Shown here in pieces: positions 13,063-25,508 of a DNA stretch of 64,000 nucleotides (positions are counted from its first letter, which is position 1; every line of letters starts with the position of its first letter). The notes under the pieces were generated by a model. It was given only the letters and a program-made list of their open reading frames with translations. It was not told the origin of the DNA and made no database searches. Source of the stretch: Felis catus (Eukaryota); assembly GCF_018350175.1 (NCBI RefSeq), contig NC_058383.1, forward strand, positions 16,866,001 through 16,930,000, read 5' to 3'. Position numbers and translations under genes: made by a program.

Positions 13063-13262
13063 CTTTAATGTTTATTTATTTTTGAGAGAGACAGAGACAG
13101 AATGCGAGTGGGTTAGGGGCAAAGAGAGAGGGAGACACAGAATCTGAAGCAGGCTCCAGGCTCTGAGCACAGAGGCTGATGCGGGGCTCAAACTCACAAG
13201 CTGTGAGATTATGACCTGAGCCGAAGTTGGACACTCAACTGACTGAGCCACCCAGGCACCCC
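13063..13262 (-). mobile_element. CAN-SINE
   Basis: Reverse SINE body; TSD GACCCTGTGATTT / GACCCTGCGATTT. Confidence 0.92.
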
Positions 13263-14749
13263 GACCCTGCGATTTCTGACAATACATCCCATTCTAGAGA
13301 TGAGAAGACAGAAACTTTTTCTGGGGTAGGAGGGATTAAGATAATAGGACATGTGGGATGTTCCGTGCAGCACTGTGACATGGTAACAGAAGGGAATCAT
13401 GTCAAAGTCCTGCATCAGTGAAGGGATGAATGGGTGTGATAACTGGTCTCCCTTCTAGAATGCCATGCAGCCCAGTGAGGCTCCTGCTCCTGACTTGGAG
13501 GGACCCCAGGGATGTGTCCCTTGGCAACCAAACTGCAGAGCAGCAGACCTACTACTGTGAACCCCATGTCCCTTTGGGCAAAAATCTCCCTCATCATGAT
13601 CATGTGCCAGATTTAAAGAAGGTATGGAAGGATGGTCAGGCCAACAGGGACACCTGGGAACAGGAGTTAGGAAAATATGTACAACAATGCAAAAATACTC
13701 TAGACTGAATGGGACATGAAATGGTGCCAGGTCTCTTTTCTGATATTCCTACAAATAAGTGGACAGTGACTTCGCATCTGGCCATGGCAGGGGCTGGGCC
13801 ATGAGGGCAAGTTTGAGGAGAAAATGGGGATCCAGAGTCATCTTGGAGCAGAAGTCTGTGAAGGAGACAAGGGGAGTATCAGTGTGGCTTCTAGGACTTG
13901 GAATCCTTTTAGCTACCTCTGGGACCTAGGTTTTGGGTCTCCCTGTACCTACACTCGCCCTGAGCCAGTGCTGCATCCTGTTGGTGGTGTGGGGCATCCT
14001 CCTGTCCTTCATGGAAGTGGAGCAAATTATCTCATTGTTCAGCTCCTTCCCTAAAGACAGTGCCCAGCAGCTGAGTAGGTGGCCTCAGAGCCCTGTCTGG
14101 CTGCCTTTACTGGTCCTCAGACCCAGGTGACTCTATTCCAGACATACCACACCACAATGTGCACAGACCTCCACCAAAGAGGAAAAACCACATAGTTTGA
14201 GGACCTTGGATGAACCCTGGTACAGGTAAGAGGCACCCCAGGAATCCTTTTTCTACCCTACCCACCATGACATCAGTGTGGACATGATGGGACACCAGGG
14301 TATCCACTGCCTCCAACCTCCTCAAGATCAGGGCAGGACCTCCCCACATGTCCATCTTTCCTTGAAACTGAAAAGTAGGGGATGGGACTTCCCAGGAATG
14401 GATCAGAGAGGTGACCTGACCTGAACTGAACTTACCTAGACCACTCTGTATTACTTTATGGAACTTCCTGAAAAAGCCTGAGGCATTCGGAGTGAGAGTT
14501 GAGCCAATGCTTCCAACATCCAAAAAAACTTCTGGAAGCCAGAGCCCCAGTAATCCAGCAAACAGCAAAAGAACATCTTTCACTATGGAGTGTCTCCAGC
14601 CTAATAAGCCTGGCATGGGATTGTACTAGAATATGCATGCCTGGTTACTGGTGTTCCAAGTTCTGTTGGGGTGTATTGTCAAGGAAGTGACTTCACTACC
14701 TAGGATCCCCTACCTGAATTCCCTTCTGGGATAATATCTATGCAAGACA

Positions 14750-17091
14750 CCCAAATATATAAATCAATTAATCACAAACATAAACAAACTCATTGATAAT
14801 AATACCATAATAGTAGGGGATTTTCACACCCCATTTATAGAAATTGACAGACCATCTAAGCAGAAAATCAACAAGGAAACAATGGCTGTTTCTACTGTAC
14901 CAGATGGACATAACATATATTCAGAACATCTCATCCTAAAGCAGCAGAATACACATTCTTCTCAAGTGCACATGGAACTCCATAATAAATCACATACTGG
15001 GTCACAAATCAGCCCTCAACAAGTACAAAAAGATCAAGAATATACCATGCATATTTTCAGACCACAATGCTATGAAATTTGAAATAAACCATAAGAAAAA
15101 ATTTGGAAAGACCACAAATACTGGGAGATTATAGAACATCCTACTAAAGAATAAATGGGTTAACCAAGAAATTATAGAAGAAACTAAAAAATACATGGAA
15201 GCCAAAGAAAATTAAAACATAACAGTCTAAATCCTCTGGGATGCAGCAAAGGGGGTCATAAGGGGGAGGTATATAGAAATCCAGGCCTTCCTATAGAAAG
15301 AAGAAAAGTCTCAAATACACAACTCAACCTTACATCACAAAGGAGCCTGAGAAAGAATGGCAAATAAAGCCCAAAATCATCAGGAAACAGGAAATAATAA
15401 AGATTAGAGCAGAAATCAATGATATATAAAAAAAATAGTAGAACAGATCCATGAAACCAGAAGCTGGTTCTTTGAAAGAATTAACAAAATTGATAAACCC
15501 CTAGCCAGACTGATAAAAAAGAAAAAGGAGACGACCCAAATAAATAAAATCATGAATGAAAGAGGAGAGATCACAACCAACACCACAGAAATACAAACAA
15601 TAATAAGAGAATATTGTGCCCAATTACATGCCAAAAAAATTGGGCATTCTGGAAGAAATGGACAAATTCTTAGAACATATAAACTACAAAAACTGAAACA
15701 GGAAGAAATAGAAAATTTGAACAGACCCATAACCAGTAAAGAAATTAAATCAGTAATCAAAAATCTCACAAGAAAAAAGAATCCAGGGCCAAATGTCTTT
15801 CTAGGGGAATTCTACCAAACATTTAAAAGACTTACCACCTTATCTTTTGAAGCTGTTCCGAAAAATAAAAATGGAAGGAAAACTTCCAAACTCATTCTAC
15901 GAGGCCAGCCTTATCTTGATTTCAAAACCAAAGACCCCACTAAGAAGGAGAATTATAGGCCAATGTCCCTGACGAACCTGGGTGCAAAAATTCACAACAA
16001 GATACTAGCAAACTGGATCCAACAATACATTTAAAAAAAGTATTCACCACAATCAAGTGGGAATTATTCCTGGGATGCAGGGCTGGTTCAATATCTGTGA
16101 TCCATCACATTAATAAAAGAGAACCACATGATCCTCTCAATAGATGCAGAGAAAGCATTTGACAAAATACAGCATCATTCTTGGTAAAAACCCTCAAGAA
16201 CGTAAGGATATATGGAATTTACCCCAATGTCAAAAAGGCCATAAATGACAGATACACAGCTAATATCATCCTCAATGGGGAAAAACTGATAGCTTTCTTC
16301 CTAAGGCAGGAACATGACAGGGATGTCCACCTTCACCACTGTTGTTCAACATACTGTTGGAAGTCCCAGCCTCAGCAATCAGACAACAAAATGAAATAAA
16401 AGCCAGCCAAATCAGCAGGAAGAAGTCATACTTTCACTCTTCAGAGACGACATGATACTCTACGTGGAAAACCCAAAAGACTACACCAAAAAAATTGCTA
16501 GAACTGATACATGAAGTCAGCAAAATCACAGGATATAAAATCAATGTACAGAAATCCATGGCATTTCTATACACCAATAATGAAGCAGCATAAAGGGAAA
16601 TCAAGGAATCGATCCCATTTACAATTGCACCGAAAAGTATAAAATACATAGGAATAAACGTAACTAAAGAGGAAAGCAATCTATACACTGAGAACTACAG
16701 AAAGCTTATGAAAGAAATTGAAGAACACACAATGAAATGGAAAAGTATTCCATGTCCATGGATTTCAAGGACAAATATTGTTAAAATGTCAAAAGTCCCC
16801 AAAGAGATCTATATCTGCAGTGCAATCCCTATCAAACTACTACAGCATTCTTCACAGAGATAGAACAAACAATTCCAAAATGTGTATGGAACCAGAAAAG
16901 GACCCAAAAAGCCAAAGTAATGTTGAAAAAGAACCAACTGGTGGGGCACCTGTGTGGCTCAGTCGGTTGAGTCCAACTTCAGCTCAGGTCATGATCTCCT
17001 GGTTAATGAGTTTGAGCCCTGCGTCAGGCTCTGTGCTGACAGCTCAGAGCCTGGAGCTTGCTTTAAATTCTGTGTTTCCCTCTCTCTCTGG

Positions 17092-17147
<56 letters not shown>

Positions 17148-17877
17148 TAAACATTAAAAAAAAATTTTAAAGAAACCAAACCAGGAGGCATCACAATTCC
17201 AGACTTTAAGCTGTATTACAAAGAGGTAATCATAAAAACAGCATGGTGCTGGCACAAAAACAGACACATAAATCAATGGAACAGAATAGAGAACCCAGAA
17301 ATGGACCCATAAATGTATGGCAAACTTATCTTTGGCAAAGCAGGAAAGAGTATCCAATTGAAAAGAGACAGTTTCTTCACCAAATGGTGTTGGGAAAACT
17401 GCACAGTGACATGCAGAAGAATGAACCTGGACCACTTTTTTACACCATACACAGAAGTAAACTCAAAATGGATGAAAGACCTAATGTAAGACAGGAAGCC
17501 ATCAAAATCCTAGGGGAGAGAACGGGCAAGAACCTCTGACCTCAGTTGCAGCAATATCTTACTTGACATATCTCCTGAGACAAGTGAAACAAAAGCAAAA
17601 ATGAAATATTGGGGACTCATCAAAATAAAAATCTTCTGCACAGCAAAGGAAACAATCAGCAAAACTAAAAGACAACGGATGGAATGGGAGAAGATAATTG
17701 CAAGTGACATATTGGATAAAGGGTCAGTATCCAAAATCTGTAAAGAACTTATCAAACCCAACACCCAAAAAACAAATAATCCAGTGAAGAAATGGGCAAA
17801 AGGGATGAATAGATACTTTTCCAAAGAAGACATCCAGATGGCCAACCGACACATGAGAAAATGCTCAACATCACTCA
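14750..17877 (+). mobile_element. L1 ORF2 fragment (5'- and 3'-truncated)
   Basis: ORF2 peptides (MNERGEITTNTTEIQ, ENLNRPITSKEI, FCTAKETI..KRQ..EWEKI); stops abruptly at CATCACTCA with no 3'UTR. Confidence 0.88.
16943..17168 (+). mobile_element. CAN-SINE with long (CT)n
   Basis: GGGGCACCTGTGTGGCTCAGTCGG head, (CT)n ~17097-17142, A-tail. Confidence 0.92.
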
Positions 17878-18268
17878 ACTGTCCCCTGCTGATGAAAGGC
17901 CTTTGGCTGGCACCTGCAGGATCTTTAGTCCTTGGGAGGCAATAAACCTTCTTCCAAAAGGAAAGTAAATGTTCTCTCCCAGTGCTCCCCAGAGATCCCT
18001 GCACCATGCTATGCACTCCAGGACCAATTCCCTCCTTCCCAGGAGTGCACGCCACAGCTCTGCTCTGGAGAAAGTTGAGCACTTCCAAAAGAGTTTGAAC
18101 TCTAAATGCTCGCACCTGCCAAGCTCTCTCCCCCAACTGCTGAGATCTTTTTGCCACTCCACAGACAGATTTTCTGAGTTTTCCAAGTGATCTGACCTCA
18201 ATACAGCTATGTTTGAGGAAAAGGAAAGCCCAGGGCCCCCCTACTTCTCTGCCATCTTAACTCTTCCC
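17878..18268 (-). mobile_element. L1 5'UTR start, inverted relative to the adjoining ORF2 fragment
   Basis: Minus strand reads GGGAAGAGTTAAGATGGCAGAGAAGTAGGGGGGCCC...CTCAAACATAGCTGTATTGAGGTCAG, homologous to the L1 5' end at 2240-2330. Confidence 0.8.
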
Positions 18269-18712
18269 ACTTCTGCCCATTTTTTAATGAGGCAGAATGA
18301 GGTTTGGCTTTTTGCTATTGAATTGTATTAGTTCTTTTTATATTTTGAATATTAACCCCTTGCTGGTTAAAATTTGCAAATATGTGATTCTGTTTAGATT
18401 TCTTTTTCATTTCATTTCATTTCATCTCATTTCACTAAGAGCTTCATTTACTGGGCAAGAGCTTTTTAGTTTGAGGTACTCCCACTTGTTCACTTTTGCT
18501 TTTGTTGCTTTGCTTTTGATATTAAATCCAAAAATTCATTGCCAAGACTGATGGCAAATAATTTATTCCCTATGTTTTCTTCTAGGAATTGTATGATTTC
18601 AGCTCTTATATTCAAGTCTTCAATCCATTTTGAGTTGATTTTTGTATGTGGTATATGGTAGTGGTCAGTTTCATTCTTTTATATTGGCTGTCTAGTTTTT
18701 CCAATACCATTT

Positions 18713-18930
18713 TTTTATTGTTAAGGTTTATTTATTTTTGACAGAGAGAGAGAGAGATACAGAGCATGAGCAGGGGAGGAGCAGAGAGAGAGGGAGACAC
18801 AGAATCTGAAGCAGGCTCCAGGGTCTGAGCTGTCAGCACAGAGCCTGATGCGGGCTCAAACTCATGAACCACGAGATCATGACTTGAGCTGAAGTTGGAT
18901 GCTTAACCAACTAAGCTACCCAGGCACCCT
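18713..18930 (-). mobile_element. CAN-SINE
   Basis: Reverse SINE body; TSD ATACCATTT. Confidence 0.9.
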
Positions 18931-19044
18931 GATACCATTTATTGAAGATACTATCCTTTCCCCATTTTATATTCTTGTCTCCTTTGTGGTAAATTAATTG
19001 ACCATACAGGCATTGGTTTATTTCTAAGCTATAGTCGTTATTTT

Positions 19045-19247
19045 TTAATTTTTTAAAGTTTATTTATTTATTTTGAGAGAGAGTGTTAACAGGGAAAGAG
19101 CAGAGAGGGAGAGAGAGAATCCCAAGCAGACTCCATGCCGTCAGGAAGGAGCCCGATGTGGGGCTCAATCCCACAAACTGTGAGATCATGACCTGAGCCA
19201 AAACCAATAGTCAGATGCTTGACGGACTGAGCCACTCAGGCGCCCCC
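19045..19247 (-). mobile_element. CAN-SINE (older subfamily)
   Basis: GAGAGAATCCCAAGCAGACTCC...CAGGCGCCCC; TSD AGCTATAGT..TATTTTT. Confidence 0.88.
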
Positions 19248-20727
19248 AGCTATAGTTATTTTTAATACTCTTTTTCTTTAGCCTTTATATTACCATTTTG
19301 TAGTTAATACACCATTCTAACTAGAATTACAGTTTTCTATTTCTGGGTATCTTTCATTTTTACTAGAATGTTACTTTCACATGTTTTTATACCTCTAATT
19401 AACATTTTTTTTTTTTTACTTCAGCATGAAGAATTCTTTTTAGTATCTTGCAAGGCACATCTCAGGCAAGCTGAGGGGGGAATTCTTCCACGAACTCTCT
19501 CTTGTTGGTGTGTATCTTCCAGTTTTGCATTCTCCACGTTCTTTTTTCCCTCAATTGTGGTGAGTGGGAGTGGAGCAGGTTTGCTGACTCCTTTGAATCT
19601 GCAGTCCTTACCAAAGTTCTCTTTGTTTATTCTCAGATAGAGATGTGGGCTAGAAACCTCCTGGATTATTTGATGTAATGTACAGAGGCACATTTGTTCA
19701 GTTATGAATGCTAATTAGTTCATTTTAAAGGGGGAGAGAAAAAAAGGAACAACTTATGCTGCCATAATGCTGACTTCCCTCCTACAAATATGTTCACAAT
19801 ATTTCTAACTCTAATCCACTGCCACATGGATCATTCTAAACTCCTCCTTGCCTGTCCTCTCAATTCCCACCCCAACACTGAGAAACCAAATTCCAACCAT
19901 CTGTTCACTTCATTGTTTAATTACAGTGTGCATGTATAACAGTATCAGAATTATTAACTTGCACTTCTGTGGGAAATAATTTTATCAGAGTACAGTGTTT
20001 ATGTGCAATTACTTCTGCCTTAGTCTTTTAGACTCCATCATTTCCAAAGTCACTTAGGTTAACTCATTTCATTCCTCTATCCCCTTCAGAGAGGCTATTT
20101 TGTACATTTATAATACAATTGGATTATCTTATCACATTCTGCATTCTTTCCTGAAACCTTTAGACTTAACTAAATAATTTTTCTTTAACTTTTCATACAT
20201 TAAAGTTCACTCATGTTGTAAAGTTCTATGGATTTTGAAAAATGAATAATGCCACATATCCACCACAACAGTATCATACAGAATAGTTTCACCACCCAAA
20301 GAAATCTTTTATGCTTCCTCTAGTTAACTTCTCTGCCTCCTGCTTCCTCCCTGACACCCACTGGTTTTTTTTTTTAACTGTCTCTATAGTTTTACCATTT
20401 CCAGAATGTCACATAAGTAAAATCATGCAGTATGTAGCATTTTCATATTGGCCTTGTTCACTTAGCCATATATTTAAGGTTCTGCTATGTATTTTTACAG
20501 CTTAACAGCTCATTTCTTTTCATTGCCAAATTATATTCCATTGTAAAGGTGTAAATGAGTTTATCCAGTCACCTATTGAAAGACATCATGGTTGCTTCCA
20601 GTTTTGGGTGATTATAAATGGTATGCATGTGCCTATTGTTTTTACTTTTTGGTCCTCTCAGCTGACAGAACAAGGAAATCTATGTTTGTATACAACCTAT
20701 GTATATACACATATCTATAAATCTTTC

Positions 20728-20900
20728 TTTTTTAATTTTTAATGTTTATTTATTATTGACAGAGAGACAGAGCATGAGCAGGGGAGGGGCAGAGAGAGAG
20801 GGAGACACAGAATCCAAAGCAGGCTCCAGGCTCTGAGCTGTCACAGAGATCATGACCTGACCAGTTGGACACTTAACGAACTGAGCCACCCAGGTGTCCC
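20728..20900 (-). mobile_element. CAN-SINE, internally deleted
   Basis: Reverse SINE body lacking the B-box segment. Confidence 0.85.
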
Positions 20901-21166
20901 TGAATATTTCTATATGTATCCATTTGTATGCAATGCTGAGAATTTCTGTTGTTCCACTTCCTCACCAGCATTTGGTCTAGTCACTGTTTTGTATTTTAGC
21001 CATTCTAATAGGTGTATAGTGGTATTACATTGTTGTTTTAATTTGCACTTGCCTAATGATAGATAATGGGGAGCATCTTTTTATATCCTTGCTTGCCATA
21101 TGTGTATCTTCCTCATGAATGGTCTGTTCATGTCTCTGCCCATTTTTAAAAATTGAGTTGTCTTCT

Positions 21167-21385
21167 GGGGTGCCTGGGTGGCTCAGTTGGTCAAGAGACC
21201 AACTTCAGCTCAGGTCATGATCTTACAGTTCGTGAGTTTGAGCCCCACATGTGGCTGTCTGCTGTCGGTGCAGAGCCCACTTCGGATCCTCTGTCCTCCT
21301 TTCTCTCTACCTCTCCCTGGCTCTCACACTCTCTCTGTCTTTCAAAAATAAATAAATATTCTTCTAAAAATAAAATAAAAATAAA
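21167..21385 (+). mobile_element. CAN-SINE
   Basis: GGGGTGCCTGGGTGGCTCAG head; degenerate TSD AAAATTGAGTTGTCTTCT / AAAATCAAGTTGTTTTCT. Confidence 0.9.
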
Positions 21386-22526
21386 ATCAAGTTGTTTTCT
21401 GGTTGAATTCTAAGAATTATTTGTATATTTTGGGTACACTTCATTTATCAGATATGTGTTTTACGAATATTTTATCCCATTAATTATAATAAAATCCAAC
21501 TTCTCATATTTTTTTTTGTGGATTATCCTTTTGGTGTTATATCTAGAAATTCACCACCAAACCTGAGGTCACCCAGATTTTCTCCTATATTTGCTCATAA
21601 AGTTTTATACTTTTGTGCTTTACATTTAGGTATGTGATACATTTTGAATTAGCTTTTGTTAGAAGTATAAGATCTTCAAGAGAATGCAAACACAAGTGAC
21701 AGACTCAGAGAAAGTATTTGTATGAACCTTTCATGAACTATTCATAAAGAGATATGGATCAAGTCTAAGATATGTATAGGTTTAATATTCAGTGAATGGT
21801 TTGGGTAAAAGTGTCAAGGAGAGGATCAGGATCATGGTCAAGTTAAGGGTCATAGTCAGTAGCATAGTGAATATGAGAGTCAGGGTCAGAGTTGTATGAG
21901 CAAGAGAAGTAAGGGTCAGGGTGAGAATGAGTTTCAGTGTCTGTTTCAGGGTCACAATGACGATCAGGGTCAAGAAGAGTGGGTACATGAAGTTTCAGCA
22001 AGGTTCAGGGAAAGGCTGGGGCAAGTATCAGGGTCTTGATGAGGATCAGGATCTGAGTAATGTTAGGTTAATGGTGAGCGTAAGGTTGACAGTTGAGTTT
22101 AGGGTGATTTTGAGTGTCAGAGTCAGAGTAAGCATTAAGTAAAGGTCAAGATAAAGATTCATCTTCAGAGTAAGGGTTTGGGTCAGAGTCAGGGTGATCA
22201 TCACAGTCAGGATCAGGTTGATTAGCTTCATAGAGAGGACGAGGAATAGTGTGATGGTCACAGACAGAGTCAGGGATCAGCTCAGGGTCATGTTGAGGGT
22301 GAGAATCAGAGTCAGTGTTTGCACAAAAATCGAGGTCAGAGTCAGGTTAAATATCAGGAACATAGTCATAGTCAGTGTTGGGTGTGGTTCAGGGTCATAT
22401 CCTGTGTAAAGGTCAGGGTCAGTTTTTAGGCCAGAGTCAGGATAGGAGTTAAAGTGAGAGTCATTTGACAGAATTAGGTCTGTATCATGTTTGGTGGCAG
22501 AGTGAAGGTCAGTCAAAAGTAATCCT

Positions 22527-23970
22527 TTTTTTTTTTTTTTTTTTAATTTTTTTTATTTATTTATTTTTTTTACTGAAATAATTTATTTTTTTATATGAAA
22601 TTTATTGACAAATTGGTTTCCATACAACACCCAGTGCTCATCCCAAAAGGTGCCCTCCTCAATACCCATCACCCACCCTCTCCTCCCTCCCACCCCCCAT
22701 CAACCCTCAGTTTGTTCTCAGTTTTTAAGAGTCTCTTATGCTTTGGCTCTCTCCCACTCTAACCTGTTTTTTTTTTCCTTCCCCTACCCCATGGGTTCCT
22801 GTTAATTTCTCAGGGTCCACATAAGAGTGAAACCATATGGTATCTGTCTTTCTCTGTATGGCTTATTTCACTTAGCATCACACTCTCCAGTTCCATCCAC
22901 GTTGCTACAAAAGGCCATATTTCATTTTTTCTCATTGCCCCGTAGTACTCCATTGTGTATATAAACCACAATTTCTTTATCCATTCATCAGTTGATGGAC
23001 ATTTAGGCTCTTTCCATAATTTGGCTATTGTTGAGAGTGCTGCTATGAACATTGGGGTACAAGTGGCCCTATGCATCAGTACTCCTGTATCCCTTGGATA
23101 AATTCCTAGCAGTGCTATTGCTGGGTCATAGGGTAGGTCTATTTTTAATTTTCTGAGGAACCTCCACACTGCTTTCCAGAGCGGCTGCACCAATTTGCAT
23201 TCCCACCAACAGTGCAAGAGGGTTCCCGTTTCTCCACATCCTCGCCAGCATCTGGAGTCTCCTGATTTGTTCATTTTGGCCACTCTGACTGGCGTGAGGT
23301 GATACCTGAGTGTGGTTTTGATTTGTATTTCCCTGATAAGGAGCGACGCTGAACATCTTTTCATGTGCCTGTTGGCCATCCGGATGTCTTCTTTAGAGAA
23401 GTGTCTATTCATGTTTTCTGCCCATTTCTTCACTGGGTTATTTGTTTTTCGGGTGTGGAGTTTGGTGAGCTCTTTATAGATTTTGGATACTAGCCCTTTG
23501 TCCGATATGTCATTTGCGAATATCTTTTCCCATTCCGTTGGTTGCCTTTTAGTTTTGTTGGTTGTTTCCTTTGCTGTGCAGAAGCTTTTTATCTTCATAA
23601 GGTCCCAGTAATTCACTTTTGCTTTTAATTCCCTTGCCTTTGGGGATGTGTCGAGTAAGAGATTGCTACGGCTGAGGTCAGAGAGGTCTTTTCCTGCTTT
23701 CTCCTCTAAGGTTTTGATGGTTTCCTGTCTCACATTTAGGTCCTTTATCCATTTGGAGTTTATTTTTGTGAATGGTGTGAGAAAGTGGTCTAGTTTCAAC
23801 CTTCTGCATGTTGCTGTCCAGTTCTCCCAGCACCATTTGTTAAAGAGGCTGTCTTTTTTCCATTGGATGTTCTTTCCTGCTTTGTCAAAGATGAGTTGGC
23901 CATACGTTTGTGGGTCTAGTTCTGGGGTTTCTATTCTATTCCATTGGTCTATGTGTCTGTTTTTGTGCCA
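22527..23970 (-). mobile_element. Young 5'-truncated felid L1
   Basis: Uninterrupted ORF2 C-terminus (ORF 22810-23976, 388 aa, incl. [19 protein letters not shown] zinc knuckle), long T-tract tail, perfect 16-bp TSD AGTCAAAAGTAATCCT 22511-22526 / 23971-23986. Confidence 0.96.
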
Positions 23971-23988
23971 AGTCAAAAGTAATCCTAA

Positions 23989-24540
23989 TGAGACAGGAAA
24001 GCTAAAGGGACCCCATGAAAAACTGAATTTTTTTGCTCCTATTTTTGCTTCTATTCTTGCTAGGACCTACACTCCCACCTTATGCATGCTTTATAGAACA
24101 GATAATATGTGTCCTCCTTGTGAAGATCAAGGATTTAATGATTTCTTTGGAGTCTTCCAGCACAATAGATGACATCTAAGGAGTGACCTGTGGGATCATC
24201 ATGAATGTTTTCCAAGACCACTGCCTCATCAAGACCCCTAGCTCTAGGGCATAAGTGACTTATGGAAAACACCTAAACACTCATCTTTGTTCCTAGGTTA
24301 CTAAAAAGACACAGGCACCAAATAACCATCCTCAATAAAAACCTCAGAAACCAAGCAAAGAGACTCACTCTTTCTAAGTCTCCCAGATGCTCTGTCCATA
24401 TCTACACCCCCTTTATAATAAACTCTACTCTCACTTCCTCTCAGCTCACATTAAATTTCTATCATGTATGAAGCCAAGGACCCTTTTGACTAGTCCTATG
24501 GGCTCCTCCCTGGGTCCTTGGACCCAGCCAGCCTGCATCA
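23989..24540 (+). mobile_element. Solo LTR (ERV1-like)
   Basis: TG...CA ends (TGAGACAGG...GCCTGCATCA), AATAAA ~24417, near-TSD CTAA/CTAG; interrupts the hexamer array. Confidence 0.75.
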
Positions 24541-24866
24541 CTAGGGTCAGTTTCAACATGATGGTAACCAAGTCAAATTTAATGTCAGAATGAGTGTCAA
24601 GATGAGGGTTAGGGTTAGGGTCAATATAAAGTTCAAGGTCAGGATAATTGTCAAGTTCAGAGTCCACCTCAGAGTGAGGGTCGTATCAAGGATTAGGTAA
24701 GACTGAGGACACGGTGAGGACCACAGTCAGGTAAGTGTGAGAGTATCAAGCTCATGGTAAAAGTAATGGCTAGCTTTGGATTCAGGTCAGGGTGAGAGTC
24801 AGTAAAGATTCAGTTAATACTGATTCTAGGTCAGTGTTAGCTTCAGAATCAGAGTCAAGGTCAGGG

Positions 24867-25078
24867 TTTTTTTTTTAATGTTTATTTTTGAGAGAGAGAG
24901 AGAGAGACAGAGCATGAGCATGGGAGAGGTGGAGAGAAAAGGAGACACAGAATCCAAAGCAGGCTCCAGGCTCCGAGCTGTCAGCACAGAGCCTGATGCA
25001 AGGCTTGAACCCATGAACCATGAGATCATGACCTAAGCCAAAGTTGGAAGCTCAACTGACTGAGCCATCCAGGCTCCC
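24867..25078 (-). mobile_element. CAN-SINE
   Basis: Reverse SINE body; TSD CAAGGTCAG. Confidence 0.9.
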
Positions 25079-25508
25079 CAAGGTCAGATTGTTTTTAATG
25101 TAGGGTGATTATCAGAGTCAGGTTCAGGGTAAAGTTCAGGGTCAGGGTCAAGTTGGTCAGGTTCAGTATGAGGTTCAGAATAATGATCAGCTTGAGGATC
25201 AGTATTAGGGTGAATGTGAAAGTCTCAGAGTAAATTTGAGTATTGGTATTATTTTAGATTTAGGTTGAAGGTCAAATAAAAATAGGGTGTATGGTGAAAT
25301 TGAGTAATATGGGTCAAATGTATAGTGAAGTTGAAGATGAGGGTCTGGGATAGGTAGGCTTTAGGCTTGAAGTCAGGGTTTGGGTGAAGGTCAGTATAAA
25401 CATCAGATTCTTGGTGATAGTCAGGATCAGGCTGAGAATGAAAGTTATGGTCAGGATTAGTCATAATGAGGAATATATTGGGGTTCAGAGTCTGTTTCAT
25501 GTTCATAG

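Larger units (their letters stand above)
1082..14070 (-). pseudogene. Unprocessed RALGDS-like (Ral guanine nucleotide dissociation stimulator-like) pseudogene, N-terminal REM region plus Pro/Ala/Glu-rich linker
   Basis: Five exons in RALGDS order: 13959-14070 (CWALSLGKELNNEIICSTSMKDRRMPHTTNRMQHWLR), 12606-12797 (GKNASTVNMNETCAVWTTQAGLLKKQV*HQVPTFL/RDPTYVSTFLGTYRAF/TTQQVLEVLFT), 12028-12087 (YGCILPFFDENNGCLEQQK), 1856-2049 (AISSILGTWLDHYSENFFQPSEFPCLKMLL...EPNKPESE) and 1082-1599 (APAPEQDLE-type linker). These resemble RALGDS GEELINGVIYSISL / ETCKVRTVKAGTLEKLVEHLVPAF / YGCILPYSDE / AISSILGTWLDQYSEDF as recalled. Lesions: TGA 12714-12716, two frameshifts, AT donor after 12028, TG acceptor before 2049, TAG 1472-1474. 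Confidence 0.85.
18269..21700 (-). mobile_element. Old L1 (L1M-type) fragments with embedded SINEs
   Basis: T-rich antisense L1 ORF2/3'UTR motifs (TTGCTATTGAATTGTATTAGTTC, TTTTAGCCATTCTAATAGGTGTATAGTGGTATT); patchwork, boundaries approximate. Confidence 0.65.

Noticed and set aside
14107..14616. 169-aa minus-strand ORF as the first exon of the RALGDS-like gene
   Set aside because: Only faint resemblance (FLGCLLP) to family N-termini, with no convincing ATG or donor; left uncalled.
21782..22516. (LT)n and (VR)n ORFs as real proteins
   Set aside because: Automatic consequence of the 6-bp periodic array; no splice or promoter support.
22810..23976. 388-aa ORF as a host gene
   Set aside because: It is the C-terminus of L1 ORF2; its start codon comes from the TSD junction.
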